Positions 27,591-36,796 of a stretch of 64,000 nucleotides of DNA are shown here, one piece after another. The first letter of the stretch is position 1. Every line of letters starts with the position of its first letter. Both the position numbers and the translations under genes were made by a program. Below the pieces are notes generated by a model. It did not search any database. It was not told the origin of the DNA and saw only the letters and a list, made by a program, of their open reading frames with translations. The DNA is from Candidatus Chisholmbacteria bacterium RIFCSPHIGHO2_01_FULL_52_32 (GTDB lineage Bacteria > Patescibacteriota > Microgenomatia > UBA1400 > Chisholmbacteraceae), in the NCBI GenBank assembly GCA_001816585.1, contig MHCJ01000003.1:426971-490970 (forward strand), written 5' to 3'.

Positions 27591-28590
27591 TGATGACCTC
27601 CTTATACACTTTCAAGGTTGCCTCGGCAGCTTTCTGCCAAGTATAGTTCTTCTTTACCAGATTGTATCCTGCCTCCCCCATCTTCGCAAGGTTGGGATTG
27701 GTATAGGCCTTGACGATCGCCTGGCTCAAGGCTTGGATATCGCCTGGCGGGACAAGGTATCCGTTCAAGCCATCCTTCACCATCTTCGCGTTATCCCCGA
27801 CATCGGTTACGATGACAGGAAGTCTTGCTGCCCAGGCTTCGAGCAGGGTTAACGGCATTCCCTCAGAAAGGGATGGGAGAACATAGACCGATGAAGAGAG
27901 ATACTCTCGGATGATTTTCTTCCTGTCGAGTTCTTGCGTAATCTTTACGAGTTCGATATCCGGACACTTTTGACGCACGCTCTCCATTGCCGCGTCTAAT
28001 ATGTCATGGCCCTTCAGCGGTTCATTTCTGCCGACAAACAAGAGTGTAAACTGAGGTTTCTTTGCAATCTGACTATCATGAAACGTTCGGGTATCGACTC
28101 CGTTGGGAATGTATGCGATGTGCCGATTAACATTTTCGTACGTTCGGAAATGCTGAGATACGGATATTTCGCGATCGTAGCGGATTCCGGTGAGTAACCA
28201 TTTTTCAAGTCTGTACTTCCACCAGGGTATTCTTCCGCCGAGTTTCCTCTGTTGGGCTTCGAGGATTTGCATATCGAGCATGTTACTGCCGTGCACCGTA
28301 TACACGACGGGGATGCGAAGTATCATTGAGAGTACTTTCCCAGGGAAGCCGGCAGCATACGCATGGGCATGGATGAGATCAATTTTTTCCTTTCTGTGAT
28401 CCACAATCACCTGTGGTATCACCAATAATGACCAAATCGCACGAGCAGGTAATGATGGTTGAGGGGCATGATAAATCGTAAACGTGCAGTCCTTCGAAAG
28501 ACTGTTGGTGATTCTCAGGACGTGCTCCTGCCCTCCTCCATGGAAGGGGAACCATGCATCAATGAGAATCGCGATCCTAAATTTCTTCAT
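27577..28590 (-). CDS. Glycosyltransferase family 4
   Basis: RIAILIDAWFPFHGGGQEHV; C-terminal SEGMPLTLLEAWAARLPVIVTDVGDN. Confidence 0.8.
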   Translation of the reverse strand: MKKFRIAILIDAWFPFHGGGQEHVLRITNSLSKDCTFTIYHAPQPSLPARAIWSLLVIPQVIVDHRKEKIDLIHAHAYAAGFPGKVLSMILRIPVVYTVHGSNMLDMQILEAQQRKLGGRIPWWKYRLEKWLLTGIRYDREISVSQHFRTYENVNRHIAYIPNGVDTRTFHDSQIAKKPQFTLLFVGRNEPLKGHDILDAAMESVRQKCPDIELVKITQELDRKKIIREYLSSSVYVLPSLSEGMPLTLLEAWAARLPVIVTDVGDNAKMVKDGLNGYLVPPGDIQALSQAIVKAYTNPNLAKMGEAGYNLVKKNYTWQKAAEATLKVYKEVINAAR

Positions 28591-29270
28591 GAATGTTTTT
28601 TGCGCACCCGCACGGTCGAAAAGGCACCGATGCTAGGAAATACTTTCCCGAGTATTCGGCCTATCTTTGGAGAGAACGGATAGAGGCTCACCGTGCTTGA
28701 CTGCTGGATGGTGAAACCATGAAACTCGAGAAATTCCAGGAACGCAGTATGCGTGAAGACGCTTTTGTGTCCATGGACCGGATTCTTCTCACCCTTTAAG
28801 AAATTGCCAAACTGGACATTTGCAGGATGGAGACAAATAGGCAGCTGGCCGAACAGGAGCTGTATTCGGTAATGAAGAGCAGCGAGGTTTGTCGTTGAAA
28901 TCACAAGCTGGCCGTTTCGTTTGAGTACTCGTTTGGCTTCTTCGATGAATGTATCTGTATCAACGAGATGTTCGATGATTTGGTTTGCGCTGATCGTATC
29001 GAAGAACTCATCTCCGAAAGGTATTTTATTATTCAGGTTACCAACATTGACTCTCACTCCCTGTCTCTTCGCAGCGAGGGCCTTTGTCTCGCTGAGTTCA
29101 ATACCGTACATCACCTCCGCATTGGCCTTTTCCGCAACCTTCGCGGTGAACTCACCGTTTCCGCATCCCAAATCAAGGAGAGATCCCTTAAGCGGTAGCG
29201 TATATTCAAGAAATACTCGTTTGTTTTCTCTATCTCCTTGTCCGCAAAAATGATCGACAAGCTGCTGCAT
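28587..29270 (-). CDS. Class I SAM-dependent methyltransferase
   Basis: LLDLGCGNGEF, ANQIIEHL and LKRNGQLVISTTN. Confidence 0.8.
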   Translation of the reverse strand: MQQLVDHFCGQGDRENKRVFLEYTLPLKGSLLDLGCGNGEFTAKVAEKANAEVMYGIELSETKALAAKRQGVRVNVGNLNNKIPFGDEFFDTISANQIIEHLVDTDTFIEEAKRVLKRNGQLVISTTNLAALHYRIQLLFGQLPICLHPANVQFGNFLKGEKNPVHGHKSVFTHTAFLEFLEFHGFTIQQSSTVSLYPFSPKIGRILGKVFPSIGAFSTVRVRKKHS

Positions 29271-29311
29271 GAGAGTGATGTGAATGTTTTTTGGTGAACT
29301 GTCCTATTCGT

Positions 29312-30337
29312 CTATATCATGGAGCTCTGTGCGTGCGATGTTGTCATCCATTGATGCAGGTTATTTAGGCCCCGACCGATTGGTGTTGTAGGTTTCCAAC
29401 CGAAGTCCTGCCCAGCCATTGAGTAATCCGTGATGTAGACCCGTTGATCTCCCGGTCGCCACTGTGAAAATCTGATCTTTGCCACAGCCTTGCATTCCCG
29501 CTCAAGCAGAGGGAGGAGCTCGATCAAACTCACGGAGTATCGGCGGCCGCCGCCGATGTTGTACACGCGGCCGGACGTTTTTGAGATCTTGGCAATCGCC
29601 CGGACATAGCAATCAACCAGGTCACGGACATAGAGAAGATCACGGACCTGTTTCCCGTCACCGTAAATCGTGATGGTTTTTCCTCTGAGGAGCTTACGCA
29701 TGAAATGAGCTACCCAGCCCTGGTCTGCGTTGCCGAACTGGAAGTCGCCATAGATGCAGCTTTGCCGGAACACGAGCGTTCTGAGGCCATAGATACGGGC
29801 ATAATCGTGTACGTACTGGTCCCCGGCTCCTTTGCTGCAGCCGTAGGGTGAATGAAAGTCGAGCTGAAAGTCTTCCTTAATCCCCCGTCGCAAACGCCGA
29901 TCTGCAAAATCGTATCTTGTCTTTTTCTTAATAATATAAGCGTTTTCCATGCCTCCGTACACCTTATTCGTCGACGCGTATACCATAATCGGAGGATTTT
30001 TTTGCGCTCTTGCCGCTTCCAAAACATTGAGCGTTCCGAGAGCGTTTATTTCAAAATCCGTACGGGGATCCGCGACCGAGCTCGTGACGGCAACTTGAGA
30101 AGCCATATGAAATAGGAGATCGGTTCCTTCTATCTTTCTCTTTAGCGTCTCGAAGTCCCTGATATCCGCTTTGTGGAAGACTACCTTCGGATGTGTTTTT
30201 TTCAGCCATGCGAGATTCTTCTCAACACCAGGACGGGAGAGGTTATCGTACACATCCGTCTCAATGCCCTGCTTGAGATAGTAATCGGCAATGTTTGTGC
30301 CGATGAACCCAGCACCACCAGTTATCAATATCTTCAT
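29312..30337 (-). CDS. NAD-dependent SDR epimerase, CDP-paratose 2-epimerase (tyvelose epimerase)-like
   Basis: MKILITGGAGFIG; YDNLSRPGVEKNLAWL; ASTNKVYGG; LDFHSPYGCSKGAGDQY. As I recall, these are near-identical to RfbE/tyvelose-epimerase blocks. Confidence 0.7.
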   Translation of the reverse strand: MKILITGGAGFIGTNIADYYLKQGIETDVYDNLSRPGVEKNLAWLKKTHPKVVFHKADIRDFETLKRKIEGTDLLFHMASQVAVTSSVADPRTDFEINALGTLNVLEAARAQKNPPIMVYASTNKVYGGMENAYIIKKKTRYDFADRRLRRGIKEDFQLDFHSPYGCSKGAGDQYVHDYARIYGLRTLVFRQSCIYGDFQFGNADQGWVAHFMRKLLRGKTITIYGDGKQVRDLLYVRDLVDCYVRAIAKISKTSGRVYNIGGGRRYSVSLIELLPLLERECKAVAKIRFSQWRPGDQRVYITDYSMAGQDFGWKPTTPIGRGLNNLHQWMTTSHAQSSMI

Positions 30338-30375
30338 ATAGTAAATTGCCGACCTGGTAACTTTAATGATACTTC

Positions 30376-30444
30376 TTAATTAAACACTACAAACGGTTGT
30401 TGGTGCTGGGCGAAACCAGCGCCGCCGGTGATAAGAACTTTCAT
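30376..30444 (-). pseudogene. 5' remnant of a second NAD-dependent epimerase gene (22-codon ORF MKVLITGGAGFAQHQQPFVVFN*)
   Basis: A GC-rich Rossmann N-terminus MKVLITGGAGF is followed by a premature stop. It sits 38 nt upstream of, and out of frame with, the intact epimerase start. Its codon usage differs from the intact gene. Confidence 0.5.
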
Positions 30445-30484
30445 GAATTACGAATTATGAATAATGAATTATGAATTAAGAATA
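30443..30484. repeat. Heptanucleotide tandem array (ATGAATT-like) x6, immediately upstream of the epimerase-fragment ATG
   Basis: atgaatt acgaatt atgaata atgaatt atgaatt aagaata. Confidence 0.8.
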
Positions 30485-30500
30485 AGATCGATATAAGTGC

Positions 30501-31595
30501 TCAAGATTTAAAATTGCGGATTGCTTCAGTGTACACTTGTTCCGTTTCCCTGGCTATTATAGCCCAATCGAACCGCTTTGCGAGCAGTTGACCTTCTTTT
30601 TTCTTTTGATTGTAGAGCGTTTGGTTTGTGAACAGGATATTTAGCTTTTCTGCAAGATCCCGTATCTCCTGGGGCAAAAACAATAGTCCACCTTTTCCGT
30701 TCCCGGTGATTTCTTCTGTTGCCGGGATACGTGCATTGACATACGGTACGCCTGTTGCCAAGGCTTCAACCGTGGCTATCCCGAATCCTTCAACGAGGGA
30801 TGGCAGGCAGAACAAGTGAGACCTGTGCAGCGTTTTTGTGACATCCGGGTACGGTAAATTACCAAGAAGTTTTACATCCTTTGCTAGTTTGCGATTGGTA
30901 ATTTGTGATTTGAGATTTTTTCCTTCCGGACCTTCTCCGATAATGAGGCACTGAATACCGGGGATCTTTCTTTTTAGGATTGCAATCGCCTCAATAAGAT
31001 CTGCGATCCTTTTATACGGAAGGAGCCTTGCGATCGTACAAACGGTTGGCCTTAGGAACTTCTTGACGTTCAACGCTTTGAGCTTCCCGTATTCCACCCC
31101 TCCGTAGATGACGGTGATTCTTTCCGGAGGGATCCCCAGGGCAATCAGCTTTTTTTGTGTAACCTGGCTCATCGCAATCCAATGGTTCCAGGGTAACTTC
31201 AGCCCGGTAACTTCCATTACCCTACCGGCAATGGCGACAGGGAGCGGAAAATAATCCGTCCAATATTTTCCTAAGACGTCGGGGACCCAAGCGACCGCCG
31301 GCAAACCGAGGCGCTTTGCCAAAAGGAATGCCGGGAAATAGGTTGTGACATTTGAGGCTTCGATCAGATCCGGCCTTTTTTTTGGCTTTATTAAGATAAT
31401 GCGGATCAAAGAGGCAAGACGGGGGAACATGGATAGTGTGGTTGCCGCGATCGAGCCCCTGTTCAGGCTGACCACTTCCACATTGTGTTTTTCCGATAAG
31501 TACTTCGCGACAAAATAATTTCGGGCTTGTACACCACCAACAATCGTTGGCTGGGCTCCGTCGGGATAGAATTCATTAACAAGGAGAATATTCAA
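30501..31595 (-). CDS. Glycosyltransferase family 4
   Basis: C-terminal VEGFGIATVEALATGVPYVNARIPATEEI. TTG start (MNILLVNEFYPDG). Confidence 0.75.
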   Translation of the reverse strand: MNILLVNEFYPDGAQPTIVGGVQARNYFVAKYLSEKHNVEVVSLNRGSIAATTLSMFPRLASLIRIILIKPKKRPDLIEASNVTTYFPAFLLAKRLGLPAVAWVPDVLGKYWTDYFPLPVAIAGRVMEVTGLKLPWNHWIAMSQVTQKKLIALGIPPERITVIYGGVEYGKLKALNVKKFLRPTVCTIARLLPYKRIADLIEAIAILKRKIPGIQCLIIGEGPEGKNLKSQITNRKLAKDVKLLGNLPYPDVTKTLHRSHLFCLPSLVEGFGIATVEALATGVPYVNARIPATEEITGNGKGGLLFLPQEIRDLAEKLNILFTNQTLYNQKKKEGQLLAKRFDWAIIARETEQVYTEAIRNFKS

Positions 31596-31604
31596 AATAG
31601 CAGA

Positions 31605-31639
31605 ATGTTCAATGTTAAATGTGCGATGTTTAATGTTTG
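31605..31639. repeat. Heptanucleotide tandem array (ATGTTNN) x5 in the 5' region of the GT4 gene 30501..31595
   Basis: atgttca atgttaa atgtgcg atgttta atgtttg. Confidence 0.75.
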
Positions 31640-31656
31640 AGCGTAATCGTTCAGAT

Positions 31657-32013
31657 TTATTTCTTTTTTTTTGATCGTTTTTCTCCTTCGAGCGCGATTT
31701 TTCTCACCAACTCCGTGATCTGGTGCCGCACATTCTCCAAAATTACGTTGGTACGGTACACAAGGTAAAACAACAACACGAGCGAAGCATAGATGACGAC
31801 ATCTGCTCCTCTGCCTATTCCGAGAACGCGTGCGATACTGGTCGTGAACTGTGGATTTAAGCTTCCAAGTGCTGCCAATCCCCAAATCAATGACCAAAAG
31901 AGAAACGTCCCGATATTGATTGTTCTCTCACGAAAACGCAGCCAGACTCTCGAGAAAGCAAAGAGAATAAAGATGAGCAAAAATACCTGGACTGGAATCA
32001 GTAATATTTGCAT
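31657..32013 (-). CDS. DUF2304-like small 4-TM membrane protein (GT2-associated)
   Basis: 118 aa with four hydrophobic helices and a Lys-rich tail, directly downstream of a GtrB-like GT2. This is the typical DUF2304 context. Confidence 0.45.
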   Translation of the reverse strand: MQILLIPVQVFLLIFILFAFSRVWLRFRERTINIGTFLFWSLIWGLAALGSLNPQFTTSIARVLGIGRGADVVIYASLVLLFYLVYRTNVILENVRHQITELVRKIALEGEKRSKKKK

Positions 32014-32026
32014 ACTTTATGACTCA

Positions 32027-32710
32027 CTAGCGGGCAAGCTTCAGGAGTAGTCTACCTAAAATACCGAAGGCGTTCAAATTGGACTGCCCCTTCTTCCGTG
32101 AATAAGAAGTGTAGATGACATGGATCGGAACCTCCGTAAGCTGCAAACTAAGGCGATTTATCTCCGAGAAAAATTCCGATGAGGCTTCCATTTCCTGTGT
32201 CTTGAGAGAAATTTGACGAATCGCTGGTTTTGAGAATGCCCGAAATCCTGACTGCGAATCCGATGTACTAACCGAAAAGAGGAGCTTTGTTATGACGTTA
32301 CCAAACCAAAGGATTATCCGGCGGTCGAACGGGATTTGTTGCATTCCTTTTAACGTCCGGGAGCCGATCACCACGTCCGCATCTCCCTTTCGAATCGGCT
32401 CGATCACCCGTCTGATGTCTCCCGGGTCATGCTGACCGTCCGCGTCAAAGGTCACCGCGATGTCTGCATTTACCAGTTTTGCGTAGGTAAGTCCTGTCCC
32501 CAATGCTCCGCCCAACCCACGATTAATGGGGTGGGAGAGAATCTTTGCGCCAGCAGTCATTGCCTCCTTCGCTGTGGCGTCTACCGAGCCGTCATCGACC
32601 ACAACGATTTCGACCTCGCCTAATGATGCAATCTCTTTCTTCAATGCAACAAGTACCTTTCGAATGACCGGCGCCTCGTTGAATGCGGGGACGATAATCA
32701 CTAGCTTCAT
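32027..32710 (-). CDS. Polyprenyl-phosphate sugar synthase, GT2 (GtrB/DPM1-like)
   Basis: 227 aa. IIVPAFNEAPVI...VVVDDGSVDAT...VTFDADGQHDP...VVIGSR. Confidence 0.75.
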   Translation of the reverse strand: MKLVIIVPAFNEAPVIRKVLVALKKEIASLGEVEIVVVDDGSVDATAKEAMTAGAKILSHPINRGLGGALGTGLTYAKLVNADIAVTFDADGQHDPGDIRRVIEPIRKGDADVVIGSRTLKGMQQIPFDRRIILWFGNVITKLLFSVSTSDSQSGFRAFSKPAIRQISLKTQEMEASSEFFSEINRLSLQLTEVPIHVIYTSYSRKKGQSNLNAFGILGRLLLKLAR

Positions 32711-33630
32711 CGTCCTCTCTTAAAAAATTCCGCTGTTTTTTCTAACCCATTTCGGAGTTCTGTTCTTGGTTGCCAGCCGAACTCCTTCAGCGCCTTTTTG
32801 CTATCCAGGCTGCTTCGTCGTTGTTCCCCCTTTTTTACCGGCCCGTAGAGGGGCTTTACGGTTGGGGCGAGTTGTTTTCGCAGTTCGTCGAAAATGGTGG
32901 TAACATCCGTTTCTTTTCCGGTGCCGATGTTGTTGATCCCTTTTGCCTTTTGGGAGAGTGCCTTTGCATTCGCTTCTACGACATCTTCCACAAAGACAAA
33001 GTCCCGTGTTTGTTTGCCGTCACCACTTATTACCGGCTGTTCCCCGCTGAGGAGCCTCCCGGAAAAGATGGCAATCACCCCCGCCTCCCCCTTCGGATTT
33101 TGCCGCGGTCCATAGACATTTCCGTAGCGAAGGCTGACAAACGGTATGCCATGGACCTCTTGATAGTAGTGGAGATAGTGCTCGCAGGTTAACTTCGCAA
33201 CGCCGTAGGGTGAGATCGGCCATGCCGGATAATTTTCCGGAGTCGGAATTATGCTTGCATCTCCGTAGATCGCACCACCGGTTGAAGCGAAGATCACTTT
33301 TTTGACCGATTTTACCTGTCGGGCTCCCTCCATCAGGTTCAACAATCCAAGAATATTGATTTCAGCGTCCCAAAGAGGTTCTTCAACCGATCTGCGAAGA
33401 TCGATTTGTGCGGCGTGGTGGTTGATGATCTCGGGTTTTTCCGCAACGACGAGGTTGAAGGCATCTTTGGACCGAATATCGAGTTTGAGAAATTTTACTT
33501 TACGGTTTAGATTTGCTTCCGATCCGGTCGAGAGGTCATCGATGACAAGAACTTGATGGCCATCAGTAATGTAGCGATCAACGATGTGCGAACCGATGAA
33601 TCCGGCACCGCCGGTAACTAAAATTTTCAT
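32707..33630 (-). CDS. NAD-dependent SDR nucleotide-sugar epimerase (GalE/WbpP-like)
   Basis: MKILVTGGAGFIGSH (ATG at 33630), catalytic YGVAKLTCE, and NVYGPRQNPKGEAGVIAIF. Confidence 0.75.
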   Translation of the reverse strand: MKILVTGGAGFIGSHIVDRYITDGHQVLVIDDLSTGSEANLNRKVKFLKLDIRSKDAFNLVVAEKPEIINHHAAQIDLRRSVEEPLWDAEINILGLLNLMEGARQVKSVKKVIFASTGGAIYGDASIIPTPENYPAWPISPYGVAKLTCEHYLHYYQEVHGIPFVSLRYGNVYGPRQNPKGEAGVIAIFSGRLLSGEQPVISGDGKQTRDFVFVEDVVEANAKALSQKAKGINNIGTGKETDVTTIFDELRKQLAPTVKPLYGPVKKGEQRRSSLDSKKALKEFGWQPRTELRNGLEKTAEFFKRGR

Positions 33631-33682
33631 GAATGATGAACTAAAAAATTTAAGAACCAACTATTTTTTCGTCTGTAGCTGA

Positions 33683-34567
33683 TCATCTAGCTCCCTTTAT
33701 CACACCGACCCCGCTTCCGATGATGAACATACCTCCAATTAAAGTATACAGAGTTACTGGTTCCTTAAAAAAGATAGCAGCAAGGATGATTGCTCCGATT
33801 GGTTCTCCATAACTTAAGATTGATGCGCTTGTCGCCGGGATCTGTCTTATACCTTGGAAGAAAAGAAGGAACGAAATACCAAGCACTAGTATTCCCCATA
33901 TAGACAACCAGAACCAGTTTGTCGGAGAAATACCTGCTTGAATTGAATTCATAGCAAATGGCAGAAATAAAACCAAAGGAACAGCATTTTTATAGACGAC
34001 TGCGCTTAACGGATCAGCTTTCGTTTGTGTAACTCTTTTTTCTAGAACCGTGTGAAACGCAAAGAAAATTGCTGAGAGGGATCCGTAGATAAGAGCACGA
34101 TCAATTGATCTGCCGATATCGGGTAAAATTAAAACGAGAAGACCGACGAAACCAAGAATAGCTAAGACGAAATTCTTGATGGTAATCTTTTCTTTCAGAA
34201 TGAGTGGCCCAAAAATGAGTACAACGAATATTGGGGCTAAATAATGGGTAAGAACGGCGTTCGCCACTGTTCCGCTTTTGATTGCAGTAAAGAATAGGCC
34301 GTTATTTACCGCGATTCCCAAACCTACACCCAGCATTAACCTTAAGGTTTTTGTTGAATATCTCAAGAGATCAGATAGTTTGTTTTTCAAAGCAAGGCTT
34401 GAGAGGAGAAAAACAATACCCCAAAATGCTCCGATTGCGTAAAGTGCAAATGCTGGTATAGAAATTAACTTTACTAGAATTCCTGTGCTGACGCCCCAGA
34501 TTGAAACAGCCCCAAGCACGAATAGATATCCTGAGTGTATAAATTTACTACCTTTTTCTTTAGCCAT
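33683..34567 (-). CDS. EamA/DMT-superfamily transporter
   Basis: 294 aa with 10 predicted TM helices in two repeated halves. Confidence 0.6.
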   Translation of the reverse strand: MAKEKGSKFIHSGYLFVLGAVSIWGVSTGILVKLISIPAFALYAIGAFWGIVFLLSSLALKNKLSDLLRYSTKTLRLMLGVGLGIAVNNGLFFTAIKSGTVANAVLTHYLAPIFVVLIFGPLILKEKITIKNFVLAILGFVGLLVLILPDIGRSIDRALIYGSLSAIFFAFHTVLEKRVTQTKADPLSAVVYKNAVPLVLFLPFAMNSIQAGISPTNWFWLSIWGILVLGISFLLFFQGIRQIPATSASILSYGEPIGAIILAAIFFKEPVTLYTLIGGMFIIGSGVGVIKGAR

Positions 34568-34573
34568 TTGTTC

Positions 34574-35722
34574 CTACGCTACCCAATATCCGCGGACAAA
34601 GAGTGCGGTGTTTACCGCCAGCAGTATAGCACTTGCAACCCACCAAACTCGCTGAAATATCGGACTCTTAATCTTTCCTAAAACAATGAAGCAAGGGAAG
34701 AGCACAAGGACGTACCGGGGCATACTTGAGAAGGTGCCCGTCAAGGTCGGGAGAAGATAGGAGAGAATGCCAAAGATCGCATAGGAAAGGCGGGTTCTTC
34801 TAAAGGCAATTATGGAAAGAACCAGGAAAAGGATTCCGCTTGCCGCCTCGAGGAATACCGTATAGTAAACAAGCGTCTTTGGGTCAACCGTTGCAATCAT
34901 TTTGACGTACCGCCAAAATACCTGATACAGAAGGATGAGTTTATCGGCGCTCCTCCCTGCACCAAAGACTGGTTGGGCGTGGAGAAAGAGAAGCGGGTCC
35001 TGAAAGGACTTGTTCAGGTAATACATGTATCCCACAAGACCCGATATAGAGAGGAAAATGGGTAATACGGCAAGAAACAACTCCGAAAACGTGAAGACGG
35101 TCTTCTTGCCTCTTTGAACATACCATTCTATGAGAAGGGCTGGTAAGAGAAAGACACCAAAGATTCGTGTCGCCGATGCCAGACCCCCCAGAATCCCGGC
35201 AATCCACCAGCTTTTCTTCCTGGCGGCAAAGAGGGAGCCAAAGACCATCATCAGGAAGAGGCTTTCGGTATAGACGGAAACAAAAGAGTATGCGGTCGGG
35301 AAGAGAAGAAGAAAGATTAGAGTCCTTTTTGCCGTTGTTTGCCCCCAATCTAGACGGATGAGTTTGTAGAACAAAATGAGTGTAATCACAAGTGCAGCAT
35401 GGGAAACTAGGAGTCCTGAAGCAAGGTAATTCCCGACGAAGGTCTGTGTATATCGGATCGCCAGCGGATAGAGAGGGAAGAAGGCTTGGGTGAATTGGGC
35501 GCTGTACCCATGCATGGCTATGGTCAGGTAATGGACTCCATCGAAGTTCCCCCAACTCCAAAACAGCGGATGGCCGTTGGGTTCAAGGAGCGTTTCCCAA
35601 TACGGGAAGCTTGGCTTAAAGGGGAGCGATGAAATCGCATATGCTGCTATAGCCAAGAGCGCAACCCGCCAGAGAACGAGTACACCGAGAATCCACTTAA
35701 GTTTGCCTGGTTCTTTTCTCAT
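34574..35722 (-). CDS. GT-C membrane glycosyltransferase, PIG-V / Mannosyl_trans2-like
   Basis: WSWGNFDGVHYLTIAMHGY loop motif (the W..wDg.hYl.IA..GY of PIG-V-type mannosyltransferases) and multiple TM helices. Confidence 0.55.
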   Translation of the reverse strand: MRKEPGKLKWILGVLVLWRVALLAIAAYAISSLPFKPSFPYWETLLEPNGHPLFWSWGNFDGVHYLTIAMHGYSAQFTQAFFPLYPLAIRYTQTFVGNYLASGLLVSHAALVITLILFYKLIRLDWGQTTAKRTLIFLLLFPTAYSFVSVYTESLFLMMVFGSLFAARKKSWWIAGILGGLASATRIFGVFLLPALLIEWYVQRGKKTVFTFSELFLAVLPIFLSISGLVGYMYYLNKSFQDPLLFLHAQPVFGAGRSADKLILLYQVFWRYVKMIATVDPKTLVYYTVFLEAASGILFLVLSIIAFRRTRLSYAIFGILSYLLPTLTGTFSSMPRYVLVLFPCFIVLGKIKSPIFQRVWWVASAILLAVNTALFVRGYWVA

Positions 35723-35731
35723 TTCTTTCCT

Positions 35732-36790
35732 CTACCCGGCCAAAACTTGGGTATACACATTGATTGTTTCCCGCGCCGTTTTTTCCCAAGAGAACTTGTG
35801 ATTTTGTCGGTTCCCTTTTTCTATGAGGTGTCCTCTCTCCTTCTCTCCCAGCTTCATGGCTTTGATTATTCCACTTGCAATACTTTCGGTACTCAGTGGA
35901 TCCACGAATATCGCTGCTTCCCCGGCTACTTCCGGTATACTTGCCACTTTGCCAGCCACGACCGGGGTTTTGCACGCGAACGCTTCAAGTATCGGAAGCC
36001 CAAATCCTTCATAGAGGGAAGGTTGGATGTAGGCTTTGGCTTGGCTGTAAATCGCAGCGAGAGTTTCCGGACGGTCTAAGGGAACACTCGAACGGATGTG
36101 CACTCTGCCGCTCAACTTACTTTTTTCAATCGCCGATAGGATTTGTTTTACTTGCGGAAGAGCTTTATCGGCGAACACCCGCCCTACCAAAACCAGATGA
36201 ATATCTGGCATTTCCCGGCGTACCTTTTGCATCGCCGCAATGAGCTTCGTAAGATTTTTATTCGGGTTTACGTCACCGACGTAGAGGAGAAATTTTTTCG
36301 GGAGTGCGTATTTCTTTTTTATCCGTGCGATTTTTTCTTTTGATTGCGGCATAAACGCACCGTCTGCCGCTAAGTGGATGACGTGAATCTTTTCAGGCTC
36401 GATCCCCAAATATTTTGTGATATCTTTTTTGGAATTATAGGAATCCGCAATAATTGCCTCTACACTTCGAATAGCTAAGCGTTGAAGAAAGAACCTTGCC
36501 TTTCCACGCACCCCCGCAGGAAAATCCTTGGGAAAAATCAGGGGAATCACATCGTGGATGGTGACGACCGTTTTTGTCTTCCTTTTCAGAGGAAGTGTAT
36601 GGAAAAAGAGATCGAAGTAGGGGTAGTGGGTAAGATCGGCATTGCGTACAAGGTTTGCTTTTGTTGTCACGATGTACTGATTTTTCTTGTCTATCTTATG
36701 GAGCGCTTCGATAAGCCTTCGGGTATACATCCCAATCCCGCGCGTTTTATGGCCGGTCTTTAACGGAGAGATATCGATCACGACTTTCAT
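35732..36790 (-). CDS. Glycosyltransferase family 4
   Basis: MKVVIDISPLKTGHKTRGIG; C-terminal YEGFGLPILEAFACKTPVVAGKVASIPEV. Confidence 0.8.
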   Translation of the reverse strand: MKVVIDISPLKTGHKTRGIGMYTRRLIEALHKIDKKNQYIVTTKANLVRNADLTHYPYFDLFFHTLPLKRKTKTVVTIHDVIPLIFPKDFPAGVRGKARFFLQRLAIRSVEAIIADSYNSKKDITKYLGIEPEKIHVIHLAADGAFMPQSKEKIARIKKKYALPKKFLLYVGDVNPNKNLTKLIAAMQKVRREMPDIHLVLVGRVFADKALPQVKQILSAIEKSKLSGRVHIRSSVPLDRPETLAAIYSQAKAYIQPSLYEGFGLPILEAFACKTPVVAGKVASIPEVAGEAAIFVDPLSTESIASGIIKAMKLGEKERGHLIEKGNRQNHKFSWEKTARETINVYTQVLAG

Positions 36791-36796
36791 AAGAGA

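Noticed and set aside
26581-30920. Similar strings gtaatttgagatt / gtaatttgtgatttgagatt in two GT4 genes (26581..26610 and 30889..30915)
   Set aside because: Both encode the homologous NLK.QI...KL...VKLLG segment of paralogous GT4 C-terminal domains. The similarity is paralog conservation, not a mobile or regulatory repeat.
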